A stretch of DNA of 40,498 bases from Gemmatimonadaceae bacterium (GCA_036508735.1 DATCGU010000410.1:1-40498), one strand, 5' to 3'. Numbered from the stretch's first letter, positions 20,191 through 29,600 are shown. Numbers and translations: made by a program. Notes: generated from the sequence alone by a model not told the origin.

Positions 20191-20996
20191 ACACGGCCGC
20201 CGAACTCGCCCAGTTGGCCAATGAGCTGCTGCGCTGTCGCGAAACACCCGACTACGCGCTGGCGCTCAACGGCCTCCAGGTGGACAATCGTTCACCCGTG
20301 ACACGCATCGCGGCTGCGGTCGACTGTTCGCTACGCTCCATCCGCGGCGCCATCGACGCCGGAGCCAACCTCCTCGTCGTGCACCACGGCCTGTTCTGGG
20401 GTGGATTGCAGCCGCTCGCCGGCGCGCACCTCGAACGCGTCCGCCTGCTGCTGGAACACGACGTCGCCCTTTACTCCGCGCACCTCCCACTCGACGCGCA
20501 CGAGACATTCGGCAACTCGTTCCTTCTGGCCCGCGAGCTCGGACTGGCGCCAGCCGGCGGTTTTGCGCGATACCAGACCATCTTCTGCGGCGTGCAGGGA
20601 ACGGCGGACCTTCCGACGGTCGATTTAGTATCAGCTTGCGATCAATTCGCCCGTGGTCACGGCGGACGGGCCATCTCATCGGCGGTGGCACCCGAAGCGC
20701 CCGGGGCACCCCGGGGGGCCGGGGGAGCCAGCCGGCGCACGCTCCGCTGGGCGGTGGTCACCGGCGCCGGCATCAACGCCGACACCATGCATGAAGCCGT
20801 CGAACTGGGGCTCGATACGATCATCACGGGCGAAGGGCCCCACTGGAGCGCGGTCGACGCTGAGGAGAAAGGGCTGGTGATCGTGTACGCCGGGCACTAT
20901 GCCACCGAGACTCCAGGCGTACGTGCCCTGGCGGAGTGGCTGGCGGCGCGTGCCGGTGTCCCGTGGAGTTTCGTGGCGGCTCCCACCGGGCTGTGA
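20187..20996 (+). CDS. Nif3-like dinuclear metal centre protein (YbgI/GTP cyclohydrolase 1 type 2 homologue)
   Basis: LLVVHHGLFW, SAHLPLDAH and the terminal GHYATE motifs are present. GTG at 20187 overlaps the upstream stop as GTGA. Confidence 0.85.
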   Translation: MNTAAELAQLANELLRCRETPDYALALNGLQVDNRSPVTRIAAAVDCSLRSIRGAIDAGANLLVVHHGLFWGGLQPLAGAHLERVRLLLEHDVALYSAHLPLDAHETFGNSFLLARELGLAPAGGFARYQTIFCGVQGTADLPTVDLVSACDQFARGHGGRAISSAVAPEAPGAPRGAGGASRRTLRWAVVTGAGINADTMHEAVELGLDTIITGEGPHWSAVDAEEKGLVIVYAGHYATETPGVRALAEWLAARAGVPWSFVAAPTGL

Positions 20997-22444
20997 ACGA
21001 CACCGCCCTCGTCCTGCGCGCCATCGACAAGCGGTTCGGCGCCACCACGGCGCTTGTCCAGGCGTCGCTTGCCGTCCGCCGGGGCACGCTTCACGCGGTA
21101 CTTGGCGAAAATGGCGCTGGCAAGACGACGCTGATGCGCATTGCCTTCGGCATGCTGCACTCCGACGCCGGCACCGTGGAAATCGATGGCGCGGAGGTGT
21201 CATTCTCCTCGAGCGCCGACGCCATTCGGCATGGGCTTGGCATGGTGCACCAGCACTTCACGCTCGTGCCGGCGATGACCGCCGCCGAGAACATCGCGCT
21301 GGGAGGAAACGGGTTGTTCCGGGCGGGCGATGTGGCGGCGCAGGTGCGTTCGCTCGTCGAACGAACGGGCCTTGCCGTCGCTCCAGACGCGAGGGTATCC
21401 ACCCTTGGCGTTGGTGCCCAGCAGCGCGTGGAAATCCTGAAGGCGCTCGCGCACCGCGCGCGCACCCTGATACTCGATGAACCGACGGCCGTCCTCACTC
21501 CCAGGGAGTCGGAAGAGTTGTTCGGTTGGCTGCGTCGCTTCGTGGCCGAAGGGGGCACCGTGGTGCTGGTAACGCACAAGCTGCAGGAAGCGCTTTCGGT
21601 GGCCGACGAGGTCACCGTGCTGCGCGCAGGCACGCAGGTGCTCACCGCGCCGGCTGCCGGCCTCGACGTGCATGCCCTAGTTCGTGCGGTGACCGGCGAG
21701 GAACGCACCGGACCGCCGCTGCGCACGCGCACACGGCTGGCGACACGCGGACCCTGCGTGGCTCGCCTCGTGGACGCCAGTGCACGCGACGCGCGCGGCG
21801 TGGTGCGCCTGCAGCCGGTCACCATCGAATGCTTTGCTGGGGAAATCGTTGGCATCGCCGGCGTCGAGGGCTCGGGGGTGCACGAACTGGTGCGCTTGCT
21901 CGCTGGCCGGCTGGCGCCCACCTCGGGTTCAGTGATGCTGCCGACGACGATCGGCTTCGTGCCAGAGGACCGGCTGCGCGACGCCGTGATCGAGACCTTT
22001 TCTCTGACCGAGAATCTTGCCCTGCGCGATGCAGCAACACGCACCGGTCGCATGCCATGGCCGGCGCTCGAGGCGCAAACCGGCACGGTCATTCGCGCGC
22101 ACAACGTGCGTGCGCCGTCACCGGCCACGCCGGTCGGTGCGCTCTCCGGAGGCAACCAGCAGAAGTTCGTCCTTGGCCGCGAACTCGAGGCGCGTCCCGC
22201 GCTCGTGGTTGCCGAAAATCCGGTGCGTGGCCTCGACATTCTCGCCACCGAGCATGTGCTGCGCGAACTCGGCATTTCGGCCGATGCCGGGAGCGCCGTG
22301 GTGCTCTACTCGGGCGACCTCGACGAACTGCTGCCCATGGCCGATCGCATGTTCGTGATGTTTGCCGGAGCGCTGAGCGAAGTGCCCGTGAACCGCAGCG
22401 CCGTGGCGAGCGCCATGGTGGGTGCCATGGTGGGTGCATCGTGA
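20993..22444 (+). CDS. ABC transporter ATP-binding protein with two fused ATPase domains (sugar/nucleoside type)
   Basis: Walker A GENGAGKTT, the signature LSGGNQQK in the second half, and the Walker B LILDEPT. GTG at 20993 overlaps the Nif3 stop as GTGA. Confidence 0.9.
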   Translation: MNDTALVLRAIDKRFGATTALVQASLAVRRGTLHAVLGENGAGKTTLMRIAFGMLHSDAGTVEIDGAEVSFSSSADAIRHGLGMVHQHFTLVPAMTAAENIALGGNGLFRAGDVAAQVRSLVERTGLAVAPDARVSTLGVGAQQRVEILKALAHRARTLILDEPTAVLTPRESEELFGWLRRFVAEGGTVVLVTHKLQEALSVADEVTVLRAGTQVLTAPAAGLDVHALVRAVTGEERTGPPLRTRTRLATRGPCVARLVDASARDARGVVRLQPVTIECFAGEIVGIAGVEGSGVHELVRLLAGRLAPTSGSVMLPTTIGFVPEDRLRDAVIETFSLTENLALRDAATRTGRMPWPALEAQTGTVIRAHNVRAPSPATPVGALSGGNQQKFVLGRELEARPALVVAENPVRGLDILATEHVLRELGISADAGSAVVLYSGDLDELLPMADRMFVMFAGALSEVPVNRSAVASAMVGAMVGAS

Positions 22445-23469
22445 TGCGCCGGCCCGACGCGCGCTGGGCGATTTCCGCGGCAACGGTGCTGGTCATCGTG
22501 CTCGCGGTGATGGCCCTCCTGCTCGCGGGCGGCCATGGCATCTCGGGTTCGCTGGCTGCCATGTGGAACGGCGCGTTCGGCAGCACCTACGCCGTGCTGT
22601 CGGCGACACTCGTGCGTGCCACCCCGCTGCTTTTCGTCGGGCTGGCGGTCGGCCTCGCTTTCCGCGCTGGTGTCCTGAACATCGGCGCCGAAGGCCAGTT
22701 GCTGGCCGGTGCCACGATGGCGATGACGATCGGACTGCTCGTTGGCGGACTGTCGCGGACACTGGCCCTGCCACTCGTACTGATTGCCGGTGCGGGGGCG
22801 GGGGCAGCGTGGGCTGGCGTGGCCGCGTGGCTGAAGCAGCGATTCGGCGTGCTGGAAGTGATCAGCACACTGATGCTCAATTTCGTGGCCAATTACATAA
22901 TTTCGTGGGCCGTGCGAGGGCCGTTGCAGGAACCGACGCACGTCTATCCTCAGACGGTCGAATTGTCAGACGCGGTGCGGCTTCCCACGCTGATTGCCGG
23001 CCAGCGGCTGCATCTCGGTTTCGTGCTGGCCCTCGCGCTGGCCCTGGCCCTCTGGTGGTTCCTCACCCGCACGGCGGCCGGCTTTCGTGTTCGTGCCGTG
23101 GGAGCCAGCGTCGACGCTGCACGCAGTGCCGGCGGCATTGACGCGGCGCACACCGCTGCCCTGGCGTTCATCGCAAGCGGCGCGCTTGCCGGGTTGGGAG
23201 GCGCCAGCGAGGTCACGGGCGTGACCTTCGCGCTGTACGAGGGCATTTCCCCTGGCTACGGATACAGCGCCATCGCGGTGGCACTGTTGGCCCGGTTGCA
23301 TCCGCTGGCCATTATTGGCACGGCACTCCTGTTCGGTGCACTGGAAGCGGGGGCGGCCGCCATGCAGCGCGACGCCAACGTGCCGTCGGTGATTGCCGTC
23401 GTGATTGAGGCACTCGTCGTGCTGGGTGTGCTGGCGCTCGACCGCGCGCGTTCGCGCCGGATGTCCTGA
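22444..23469 (+). CDS. ABC transporter permease (BMP/ribose-type)
   Basis: Polytopic, with FRAGVLNIGAEGQLL. ATG at 22444 shares one base with the last base of the ATPase stop (TGA 22442-22444). The upstream 306 codons of track ORF 21526-23469 are an out-of-frame overlap of the ATPase gene. Confidence 0.85.
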   Translation: MRRPDARWAISAATVLVIVLAVMALLLAGGHGISGSLAAMWNGAFGSTYAVLSATLVRATPLLFVGLAVGLAFRAGVLNIGAEGQLLAGATMAMTIGLLVGGLSRTLALPLVLIAGAGAGAAWAGVAAWLKQRFGVLEVISTLMLNFVANYIISWAVRGPLQEPTHVYPQTVELSDAVRLPTLIAGQRLHLGFVLALALALALWWFLTRTAAGFRVRAVGASVDAARSAGGIDAAHTAALAFIASGALAGLGGASEVTGVTFALYEGISPGYGYSAIAVALLARLHPLAIIGTALLFGALEAGAAAMQRDANVPSVIAVVIEALVVLGVLALDRARSRRMS

Positions 23470-24392
23470 TGACCGATGCGTTCGGTGAGTTCCTCCAGGC
23501 ATCGGTGCGCACGGCCACGCCGCTTGCGCTGGCGGCATATGGTGAACTCGTCGCCGAACGCGCGGGGATCATCAACCTTGGCCTCGAGGGCGCCATCATT
23601 GCCGGGGCGCTTGGCGCGCTCGTGGGTGCCGGCGCCGGCGGCGTTGGCACGGGATTCGCGGTGGCGATACTTGCCGGCTGCGCCACGGCGGTGGTGGTGG
23701 CTCTCGTCGTGCTCTGGCTTCGCGCCGACGCGATCATTGCCGGTACGGCCGTGACGATGCTGGCGCTCGGGCTTACGGGCACGTTGTACCGCACCATCTA
23801 CGGCACACAGGGTGCCGCGCTTTCCGTTCCCACGGTGGCACCGCACGCGCTTCCCCTGCTCTCAGGCATTCCGTTGCTGGGACGCGCCCTCTTCGTGCAG
23901 CCAGTGATCACCTATGTGCTGTACGGCCTAGCCGTGGCGCTCTGGTGGTGGATGACGCGAACGCATGCTGGGCTGGCCCTGCGTGCGACCGGCGAACGTC
24001 CGGCGGCGGCCTTTGCGGCGGGCATTTCACCCGTGCGAATGCAGGCCCTGGCGTTGTTGTTCGGAGGCGCGATGGGCGGACTTGCCGGCGGCGTGCTCGT
24101 GCTTGCCCAGGTCGGCACGTTCGCCGAGGGCATGTCGGCCGGTCGTGGGTTCATTGCCATCGCCATCGTCGTGCTGGGACGCTGGTCGCCGCTCGGCGTG
24201 GCAGCGGCGGCGCTGTTGTTCGGCGGCGCCAGTCAGCTGCAATACGTGTTCCAGTCCCTTGGTTGGCCCGTGCCGTATCAGCTCTTTCTCGCGCTGCCGT
24301 ACGTTCTCACGCTGCTGGCGCTCGCCGGCACGCAACGACGCGCCGTGGCGCCGGCGTGGCTGGGGCGTGCGCTCGAGGACGACGCGCGGTGA
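23469..24392 (+). CDS. ABC transporter permease (second subunit)
   Basis: Polytopic, with ERAGIINLGLEGAII. The ATG shares one base with the last base of the previous stop (TGA 23467-23469). Confidence 0.85.
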   Translation: MTDAFGEFLQASVRTATPLALAAYGELVAERAGIINLGLEGAIIAGALGALVGAGAGGVGTGFAVAILAGCATAVVVALVVLWLRADAIIAGTAVTMLALGLTGTLYRTIYGTQGAALSVPTVAPHALPLLSGIPLLGRALFVQPVITYVLYGLAVALWWWMTRTHAGLALRATGERPAAAFAAGISPVRMQALALLFGGAMGGLAGGVLVLAQVGTFAEGMSAGRGFIAIAIVVLGRWSPLGVAAAALLFGGASQLQYVFQSLGWPVPYQLFLALPYVLTLLALAGTQRRAVAPAWLGRALEDDAR

Positions 24393-24437
24393 ACCTGTGG
24401 CTTTTGTGTTTTGGAAAGCCTTACGGCAGAACTACCA

Positions 24438-24556
24438 AACTGCGGAACTCCCGATTGAACGGATAACGCGGATACACACGGATACAGCATTAAGGAACCC
24501 TGATGGCAGTATCCGTGGTTATCGGTGTGATCCGTTGAATCGGGAGTTCTGCAGTT
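24438..24556. repeat. 119-bp nested inverted repeat (long hairpin) between convergent genes
   Basis: Outer 27-nt arms AACTGCGGAACTCCCGATTGAACGGAT / ATCCGTTGAATCGGGAGTTCTGCAGTT have 2 mismatches. The inner perfect 9-bp stem is CACGGATAC/GTATCCGTG. Each arm carries three CGGATA (TATCCG-like) modules. Confidence 0.7.
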
Positions 24557-24566
24557 GCAGTAAGCC

Positions 24567-25409
24567 CTACTTCGAAACCCCACAGACGAGAGCATCGCTA
24601 CGCCACACGGAATGCCAGCGGGTATCATCGCGGGCCACGAGCTCGAGCTGCAGGGAACCCACGCCCTCACGGGCGATGGCGAGCCACGGGTGACCCTGGA
24701 TCATGAGCGCAGCCAGCAGATCCCACGACTCCACGGTCTCTTCGTCACCGGCAACACGCGCGACGTAGCGGAGTTGGTCGCCCTCGAGCACGGCAAGGCG
24801 CAGCTCCTCGTGCGCCGCGGCCTCGAGGTTGCGCAAGCGCGCCGCGCGCGCCACAACCAGCCGCTCCCCAGGCAGCTGCACCACCCACGCATCGCGCACC
24901 ACGACAGGCAGTCCGCGAAACTCCATTGCGCCCCCCGTGTCGGGCAGCGTGTTCAGCGCCCGCTGGATGCGCACGACGACCTGCTGTGAATCGGCATGGG
25001 ACAGATCCTCGAGCGCGTCGATCAGCAGCGGATGTGCATGCGCGGCGTCCAGCGCCAGGCTCCATCCGGGTGGTGCGTCTGTCAACCGCAACATGGCACG
25101 GGCCGCGCACGGCGAGGCGCGCACATCACGCAGCGCGGCGGGTGTGGCCACCGAGTCGTAACCGATGACACCAATGCGATTGGGGGTGACTGAGGTATCG
25201 TGCCGGAAGAGCAGGGCATCCCCGGTGGTGACGTTGGCCATGGCCATGAATTCCCCCACGGCGTCGGGCCACGGTGACGTGGAGGCGGTGGCGGAACCGT
25301 GTGTCGCCGGCGGCGGCGTCCCCGCCGGTGTTCGCGAGGCATCGGAAGCCGGTGATCCACAGGCCACCACCCCAACGGCGGTCAGGAGGGTGACGAACCG
25401 GCGTTTCAC
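24567..25409 (-). CDS. hypothetical lipoprotein
   Basis: GTG at 25409 gives MKRRFVTLLTAVGVVAC, which has a lipobox. It overlaps the upstream stop as GTGA. No family recognised. Confidence 0.6.
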   Translation of the reverse strand: MKRRFVTLLTAVGVVACGSPASDASRTPAGTPPPATHGSATASTSPWPDAVGEFMAMANVTTGDALLFRHDTSVTPNRIGVIGYDSVATPAALRDVRASPCAARAMLRLTDAPPGWSLALDAAHAHPLLIDALEDLSHADSQQVVVRIQRALNTLPDTGGAMEFRGLPVVVRDAWVVQLPGERLVVARAARLRNLEAAAHEELRLAVLEGDQLRYVARVAGDEETVESWDLLAALMIQGHPWLAIAREGVGSLQLELVARDDTRWHSVWRSDALVCGVSK

Positions 25410-25675
25410 GCGCGAGGCGGCAGGAACGGGCCGCCGAGGTCAAAGTGCCACGCATCGCGCCGCAGGCCGGTGCGTGGGTCCTTGAGCGGCTTGAACTGCA
25501 AGCGCTTAACGGGAAAACGAATGTCGACCGCCACCGCAATGAGTCGCGCGTGACTGGTCGACACGAGATGCGCCATGGCCCGCCCCATCCACATGTGACG
25601 ATGCAACCAGAGGCCGCCATCCATGGCGTGCAGCATGCCATCCATGCGCCGCTCGAATTCCTTCCACGGCGCCAC
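25406..25675 (-). CDS. hypothetical small Trp/His-rich protein; start uncertain
   Basis: The frame stays open after the pilin stop. The sequence WKEFERRMDGMLHAMDGGLWLHRHMWMGRAMAHL... is non-repetitive. Candidate starts are GTG 25675 and ATG 25645. The track start at 25816 would overlap the pilin gene. Confidence 0.45.
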   Translation of the reverse strand: MAPWKEFERRMDGMLHAMDGGLWLHRHMWMGRAMAHLVSTSHARLIAVAVDIRFPVKRLQFKPLKDPRTGLRRDAWHFDLGGPFLPPRA

Positions 25676-25701
25676 TTCCGGCCACCGCGGCTCAGGCAGT
25701 A

Positions 25702-26085
25702 CTACTGGCAGCCGATCAACCCTTCGACCGTCGCCGGGGTGGCGGCGGGAACGTTGCCTTGATAGAGCGCGCACGTCAGCGGATACGAGGCCGGGTGCGT
25801 GGCCCGAGCCGACCACCCTGACGACGTGGCCTGAACGATGGTGAGCACGACGCCAGGCGATGTGTTGAAGGACAGTTGGTTCACGGCCGTGGCGTACGAG
25901 TTGTTGTCGTAGAAGTAGGCTTCCTGCGCCGTCGCGAGGTTGCGGATGTCCGACTTGAGTGCCGCCGCGTTTGCCTTTCCCTTGGTATTCTGGAATTTCG
26001 GGATCGCGATGGCGGCAAGGATGCCGATAATCACGACCACGATGAGCAACTCGATCAGCGTGAAACCTCGGCGGTATACAGTCAT
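25702..26085 (-). CDS. type IV pilin (prepilin N-terminal cleavage/methylation domain)
   Basis: MTVYRRGFTLIELLIVVVIIGILAAIAIPKF is a class III signal peptide with G-1/F+1/E+5. There is a C-terminal Cys pair. Start is ATG at 26085. Confidence 0.85.
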   Translation of the reverse strand: MTVYRRGFTLIELLIVVVIIGILAAIAIPKFQNTKGKANAAALKSDIRNLATAQEAYFYDNNSYATAVNQLSFNTSPGVVLTIVQATSSGWSARATHPASYPLTCALYQGNVPAATPATVEGLIGCQ

Positions 26086-26319
26086 GGTCGGCGGGCTACA
26101 GGATGACGCACAAGTTGTGTCGCAGATCACAAGAATCGCAAGCGCGACGGTTCCCAGCCAGGACGGACACCGGAGAAACATGGCAACGCTGGGGCCACAA
26201 TGACCGGATACTCCTAAACGTATAAGGTACAACAGGTTCACCTGCAAGGTACCCAGGGGGAGGTATCACAAATCATGGCACGTTTCGCCGAATTCCTCGC
26301 AAGGTGCAACTGTCCCGAA

Positions 26320-29178
26320 TCAGGACTTGCTGTCCAGCCAGTTGTCGCCAACACCTATGTCGACGACCAGCGGGACGTCGAGCTCAATTGCCGTCGTCAT
26401 CTCGCGGTTAACCAGCACGCGAAGCTCGTCGATTTCCTCCGGGGGCGCCTCGAACACCAATTCGTCGTGCACCTGCAGCAGCATCGTGGCGGCGAGTTTG
26501 GAGGCGCCGAGTGATTCATGAATGCGGATCATGGCGACCTTGATGAGGTCGGCGGCTGATCCCTGGATGGGGGAGTTCTGCGCGGTTCGTTCGCCGAACG
26601 CGCGAATGTTGAAGTTGCGGTCCTGGAGTTCCGGGATGTACCGGCGGCGCCTGAAGATGGTTTCCACATAGCCACGCTGCTTGGCCTGCGCCACGGTGCT
26701 GTCGAGAAAGGCGCGCACGCCGGCGAATCGCTCGAAGTACGTATCGATGAACGCCTTCGCCTCGGCATGATCGACCTTCAGTTGCCGCGAAAGCGAGTGC
26801 GCACCCTGTCCGTAGATCGTGGCAAAATTGATCGTCTTCGCACGCGATCTCATCTCGCCGGTGACCGCGCCAAGCGGCACGCCGAAGATGACCGAGGCGG
26901 TCTGGCGATGGATGTCGCCCCCCGCCCTGAACACCGCCACGAAGGCCGGGTCACGCGACAGGTGCGCGAGCAGTCGAAGCTCGACCTGCGAGTAGTCGGC
27001 GGCGAGCAGCTTCCAGCCGCGGCGCGGCACAAAGCCGCGGCGGATTGCCTTTCCGAGCTCGCGGCGGATGGGAATGTTCTGGAGGTTCGGATCGGACGAC
27101 GACAGTCGCCCGGTGCTCGCCACCGTTTGGTTGAACGAAGTGTGCAGGCGCCCGGTCCCCGGATTCACCAGCGCCGGCAGGGTGTCGAGGTACGTGTTCT
27201 CGAGCTTCGCCAGCTCGCGGTACTCCATGAGCAGGGATGGCAGGGCGTGCCCTTCGTCGGCCAGTTCCTGCAGCACGGACGCATCGGTGGAGGCCCCGGT
27301 GGTGGTCTTCTTCTTCACCGGGAGCCCGAGCTTGCTGAACAGGATGTCCCGAAGCTGCGGATTGGAGTTGATGTTGAACTCCTGCCCGGCCGCTTCGTAG
27401 ATCTGCAGCTCCACCGCGCCACGTTCGCGCGCAAACCGTTCCTTGAGCGACGCAAACCACGGCACGTCGATGGTGATGCCTGCCCACTCCATGTCGGCCA
27501 GCACGCCAACGAGCGGCAGTTCCATGTCGTCGAGCAGCGCGGTGAGTTCGTGTTCCGCCAGGCGTGGGGTCAACAGGGCACGCAGCTGCAGCGCCACATC
27601 ACTGTCGGCGCAGGAGTAGTCGCAGGCCACGTCCACCGGCACTTCATCAAACGCGATGGCGTTCTTTCCCTTGCCGCACACCTCGGTGTAGTCGGTCATC
27701 GAGCGGCCCAGGAACTCGAGGGCCAGCGCGTCGATGGCATGCGAGCGGCGTCCCGGATCCAGCACGTAGCTGGCCAGCATCGAGTCGAAGTCGAGGCCGC
27801 GCAGGGTCACGCCGGCGCGGCGCAGCACCAGCAGGTCGTACTTGGCATTGTGCGCCACCTTCCGGACCACCGCGTCCTCGAGCATGGCGCGCAAGGGAGC
27901 CGCGTCATTGCTCAGCAACGGTGGCAGGTTGCGGATGGCCGTGTCCTCGACGACCGGCGCGGCATCGCCAAAATCGAGGTCCCCCTGGCCGGCGCGCCTG
28001 CCGCGGTGTGCAAACGGCAGGTAGTACGCCTCGCCAGGAGCGACGGCGATGGAGATGGAGACGAGGTTCGCGCGCAACGGCGTGACGATGGGCGGCGCGC
28101 CGGCATCGAGCACCGTCTCGGTGTCGACCGCAATGCTCCCGACGGCACGACACCGCGCCACGAGCGCACGCAGGGCGTCCACGGTGTCGACGGTCACGTA
28201 CCGCATCTGTGGGGTCGGCGGGTGCACGATGGCCGTGCTCGAGGCATCGCGCGGCGCCGCACCACCCGCAGCGGCCACCTGTGCGCCCGCCTTGCGAGCG
28301 GCAGTGGTGAACTCGAGATGAACGAACAGGTCGCGCAGCTTCGCCCAGTCGGGCGGCTCGAGCTTCAGCTTCTCGAGTTCCAGCGTGACCGGCAGGTCCT
28401 GACGAATGGTGACCAGCTCCTTGGACAGGATTCCATTCGCACCGAATTCCCTGAGCGCGTTGCGCGCGCGCGTCAACTCCACCTCGTCCACGTGGGCGAG
28501 GATATTCTCCAGCGGTCCCCAGGCGTTGATGAGCTCGACGGCGCCCTTGTCACCAATTCCCTTGACGCCCGGGACGTTGTCCGAGCTATCGCCCTTGAGG
28601 GCGAGAAAATCGACCACGCGGTCGGCGGGGACACCCAGGCGCTCCGTCACGTTGTCGGTGTCATACCACTTCTCGGTGGTGGCTCCCGGGCGCCCGTGCC
28701 AGGGATTCAGTATCCAGACGCCGGGGCGAACGAGCTGCACGAAGTCCTTGTCGCCCGATACCACCACGACGTTCACGCCGGCGACCGCGGCTAAACGAGA
28801 CATCGTCCCGATCACGTCGTCCGCTTCGTAACCCTCGAGCGAGAGAATGGGGATCCTGTAAGCCGCAAGTAATTGCTCGACGCGCGTGACGCCTTCGTCG
28901 AAGTCAACCTGCTGCTCCGGCTCGAGCCGTTCGCGCGTGGCCTTGTAGGCGGGATACAGCTCGTGACGGAACGACAGTCCCTTGTCGTGCACCCAGCCCA
29001 GGTACTCCGGCTGGTGCGTCTGGATGAGCTTGGTGATGAAGTCGTTGGTCCCACGGGCAATCGACGTGTTCTCGCCGCGGCTGCTGCGCAGCGGCTGCGC
29101 GCCGAGGGCAAAGAAGGCGCGGTAGATCAGCGCGTAACCGTCGACGAGAAAGAGGCGTGGGGCCTGTGGGCGGGGCAT
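26320..29178 (-). CDS. polA: DNA polymerase I
   Basis: 5'-nuclease N-terminus LFLVDGYALIYRAFFA, a 3'-5' exo domain, and polymerase motifs A (DYSQVELR), B (RSRAKTINFATIYG) and C (QVHDELV). Start is ATG at 29178. Confidence 0.95.
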   Translation of the reverse strand: MPRPQAPRLFLVDGYALIYRAFFALGAQPLRSSRGENTSIARGTNDFITKLIQTHQPEYLGWVHDKGLSFRHELYPAYKATRERLEPEQQVDFDEGVTRVEQLLAAYRIPILSLEGYEADDVIGTMSRLAAVAGVNVVVVSGDKDFVQLVRPGVWILNPWHGRPGATTEKWYDTDNVTERLGVPADRVVDFLALKGDSSDNVPGVKGIGDKGAVELINAWGPLENILAHVDEVELTRARNALREFGANGILSKELVTIRQDLPVTLELEKLKLEPPDWAKLRDLFVHLEFTTAARKAGAQVAAAGGAAPRDASSTAIVHPPTPQMRYVTVDTVDALRALVARCRAVGSIAVDTETVLDAGAPPIVTPLRANLVSISIAVAPGEAYYLPFAHRGRRAGQGDLDFGDAAPVVEDTAIRNLPPLLSNDAAPLRAMLEDAVVRKVAHNAKYDLLVLRRAGVTLRGLDFDSMLASYVLDPGRRSHAIDALALEFLGRSMTDYTEVCGKGKNAIAFDEVPVDVACDYSCADSDVALQLRALLTPRLAEHELTALLDDMELPLVGVLADMEWAGITIDVPWFASLKERFARERGAVELQIYEAAGQEFNINSNPQLRDILFSKLGLPVKKKTTTGASTDASVLQELADEGHALPSLLMEYRELAKLENTYLDTLPALVNPGTGRLHTSFNQTVASTGRLSSSDPNLQNIPIRRELGKAIRRGFVPRRGWKLLAADYSQVELRLLAHLSRDPAFVAVFRAGGDIHRQTASVIFGVPLGAVTGEMRSRAKTINFATIYGQGAHSLSRQLKVDHAEAKAFIDTYFERFAGVRAFLDSTVAQAKQRGYVETIFRRRRYIPELQDRNFNIRAFGERTAQNSPIQGSAADLIKVAMIRIHESLGASKLAATMLLQVHDELVFEAPPEEIDELRVLVNREMTTAIELDVPLVVDIGVGDNWLDSKS

Positions 29179-29227
29179 ATGCCGAAAGTTGGCCCCCACC
29201 GCGAGGGATTACCAGCCGAAACGATCG

Positions 29228-29258
29228 CGGCCGCCTGTCCTGAAGGGGTAGGCGGCCG
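29228..29258 (-). terminator. possible terminator hairpin downstream of csp
   Basis: 9-bp stem CGGCCGCCT/AGGCGGCCG. On the minus strand it is followed by ATCGTTTCGG, a weak U-tract. Confidence 0.3.
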
Positions 29259-29292
29259 TGGTCCAGTGCGTGGTTCCTTCGACGGGTCGTGC

Positions 29293-29493
29293 TCAGACTC
29301 GCGTGACGCTCGAGGCGTGGAGGCCCTTATCGCGGGTGGTCACTTCGAACGCGACGGTCTGGCCCTCGGCGAGCGTCTTGAAGCCGTCCATTTCGATGGC
29401 CGAGAAATGGACGAAGACGTCGTCTCCACCGTCCCGTTCGATGAACCCATACCCTTTGGCGTCGTTGAACCACTTCACCTTCCCTGTCAGCAT
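29293..29493 (-). CDS. cspA: cold-shock protein, CspA family
   Basis: The RNP1 motif KGYGFI and the RNP2 motif VFVHF are present. The protein is 66 aa. Confidence 0.95.
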   Translation of the reverse strand: MLTGKVKWFNDAKGYGFIERDGGDDVFVHFSAIEMDGFKTLAEGQTVAFEVTTRDKGLHASSVTRV

Positions 29494-29559
29494 TTCTGCC
29501 TCCAGCCCCAGTAGGATCCGTGCGCGTCTCAGCCGGCAGGGCCGCCAGCCCGCTCACTT

Positions 29560-29588
29560 GTTTTACCGTTGCCGGGTTTGGATGTCAA
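29560..29588 (-). promoter_or_regulatory. candidate sigma70-type promoter of csp
   Basis: On the minus strand, TTGACA (29588-29583), a 17-nt spacer, then TAAAAC (29565-29560). This predicts a 5' UTR of about 55-60 nt. Confidence 0.45.
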
Positions 29589-29600
29589 GCGAGCTCGGCA

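Noticed and set aside
21091-22275. 394-aa minus-strand ORF antisense to the ABC ATPase
   Set aside because: The composition is S/R/T/P-rich and low-complexity, as is typical of antisense frames in high-GC genes. The sense strand carries unmistakable Walker and signature motifs.
21526-23469. 647-aa ORF spanning the ATPase and permease
   Set aside because: The first 306 codons are an Arg-rich alternative frame of the ABC ATPase gene. The genuine permease starts at ATG 22444, which shares the last base of the ATPase stop.
26219-26262. Sigma54 (-24/-12) promoter upstream of the pilin gene
   Set aside because: The TGG...TTGCA-like sequence on the minus strand has GG-GC spacing about 3 nt too short. 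At best a weak sigma70-like TTGCAG-17-TATACG is present, too weak to annotate.
26767-28794. 675-aa plus-strand ORF antisense to polA
   Set aside because: It is an antisense shadow ORF. The polA motifs on the minus strand are unambiguous.
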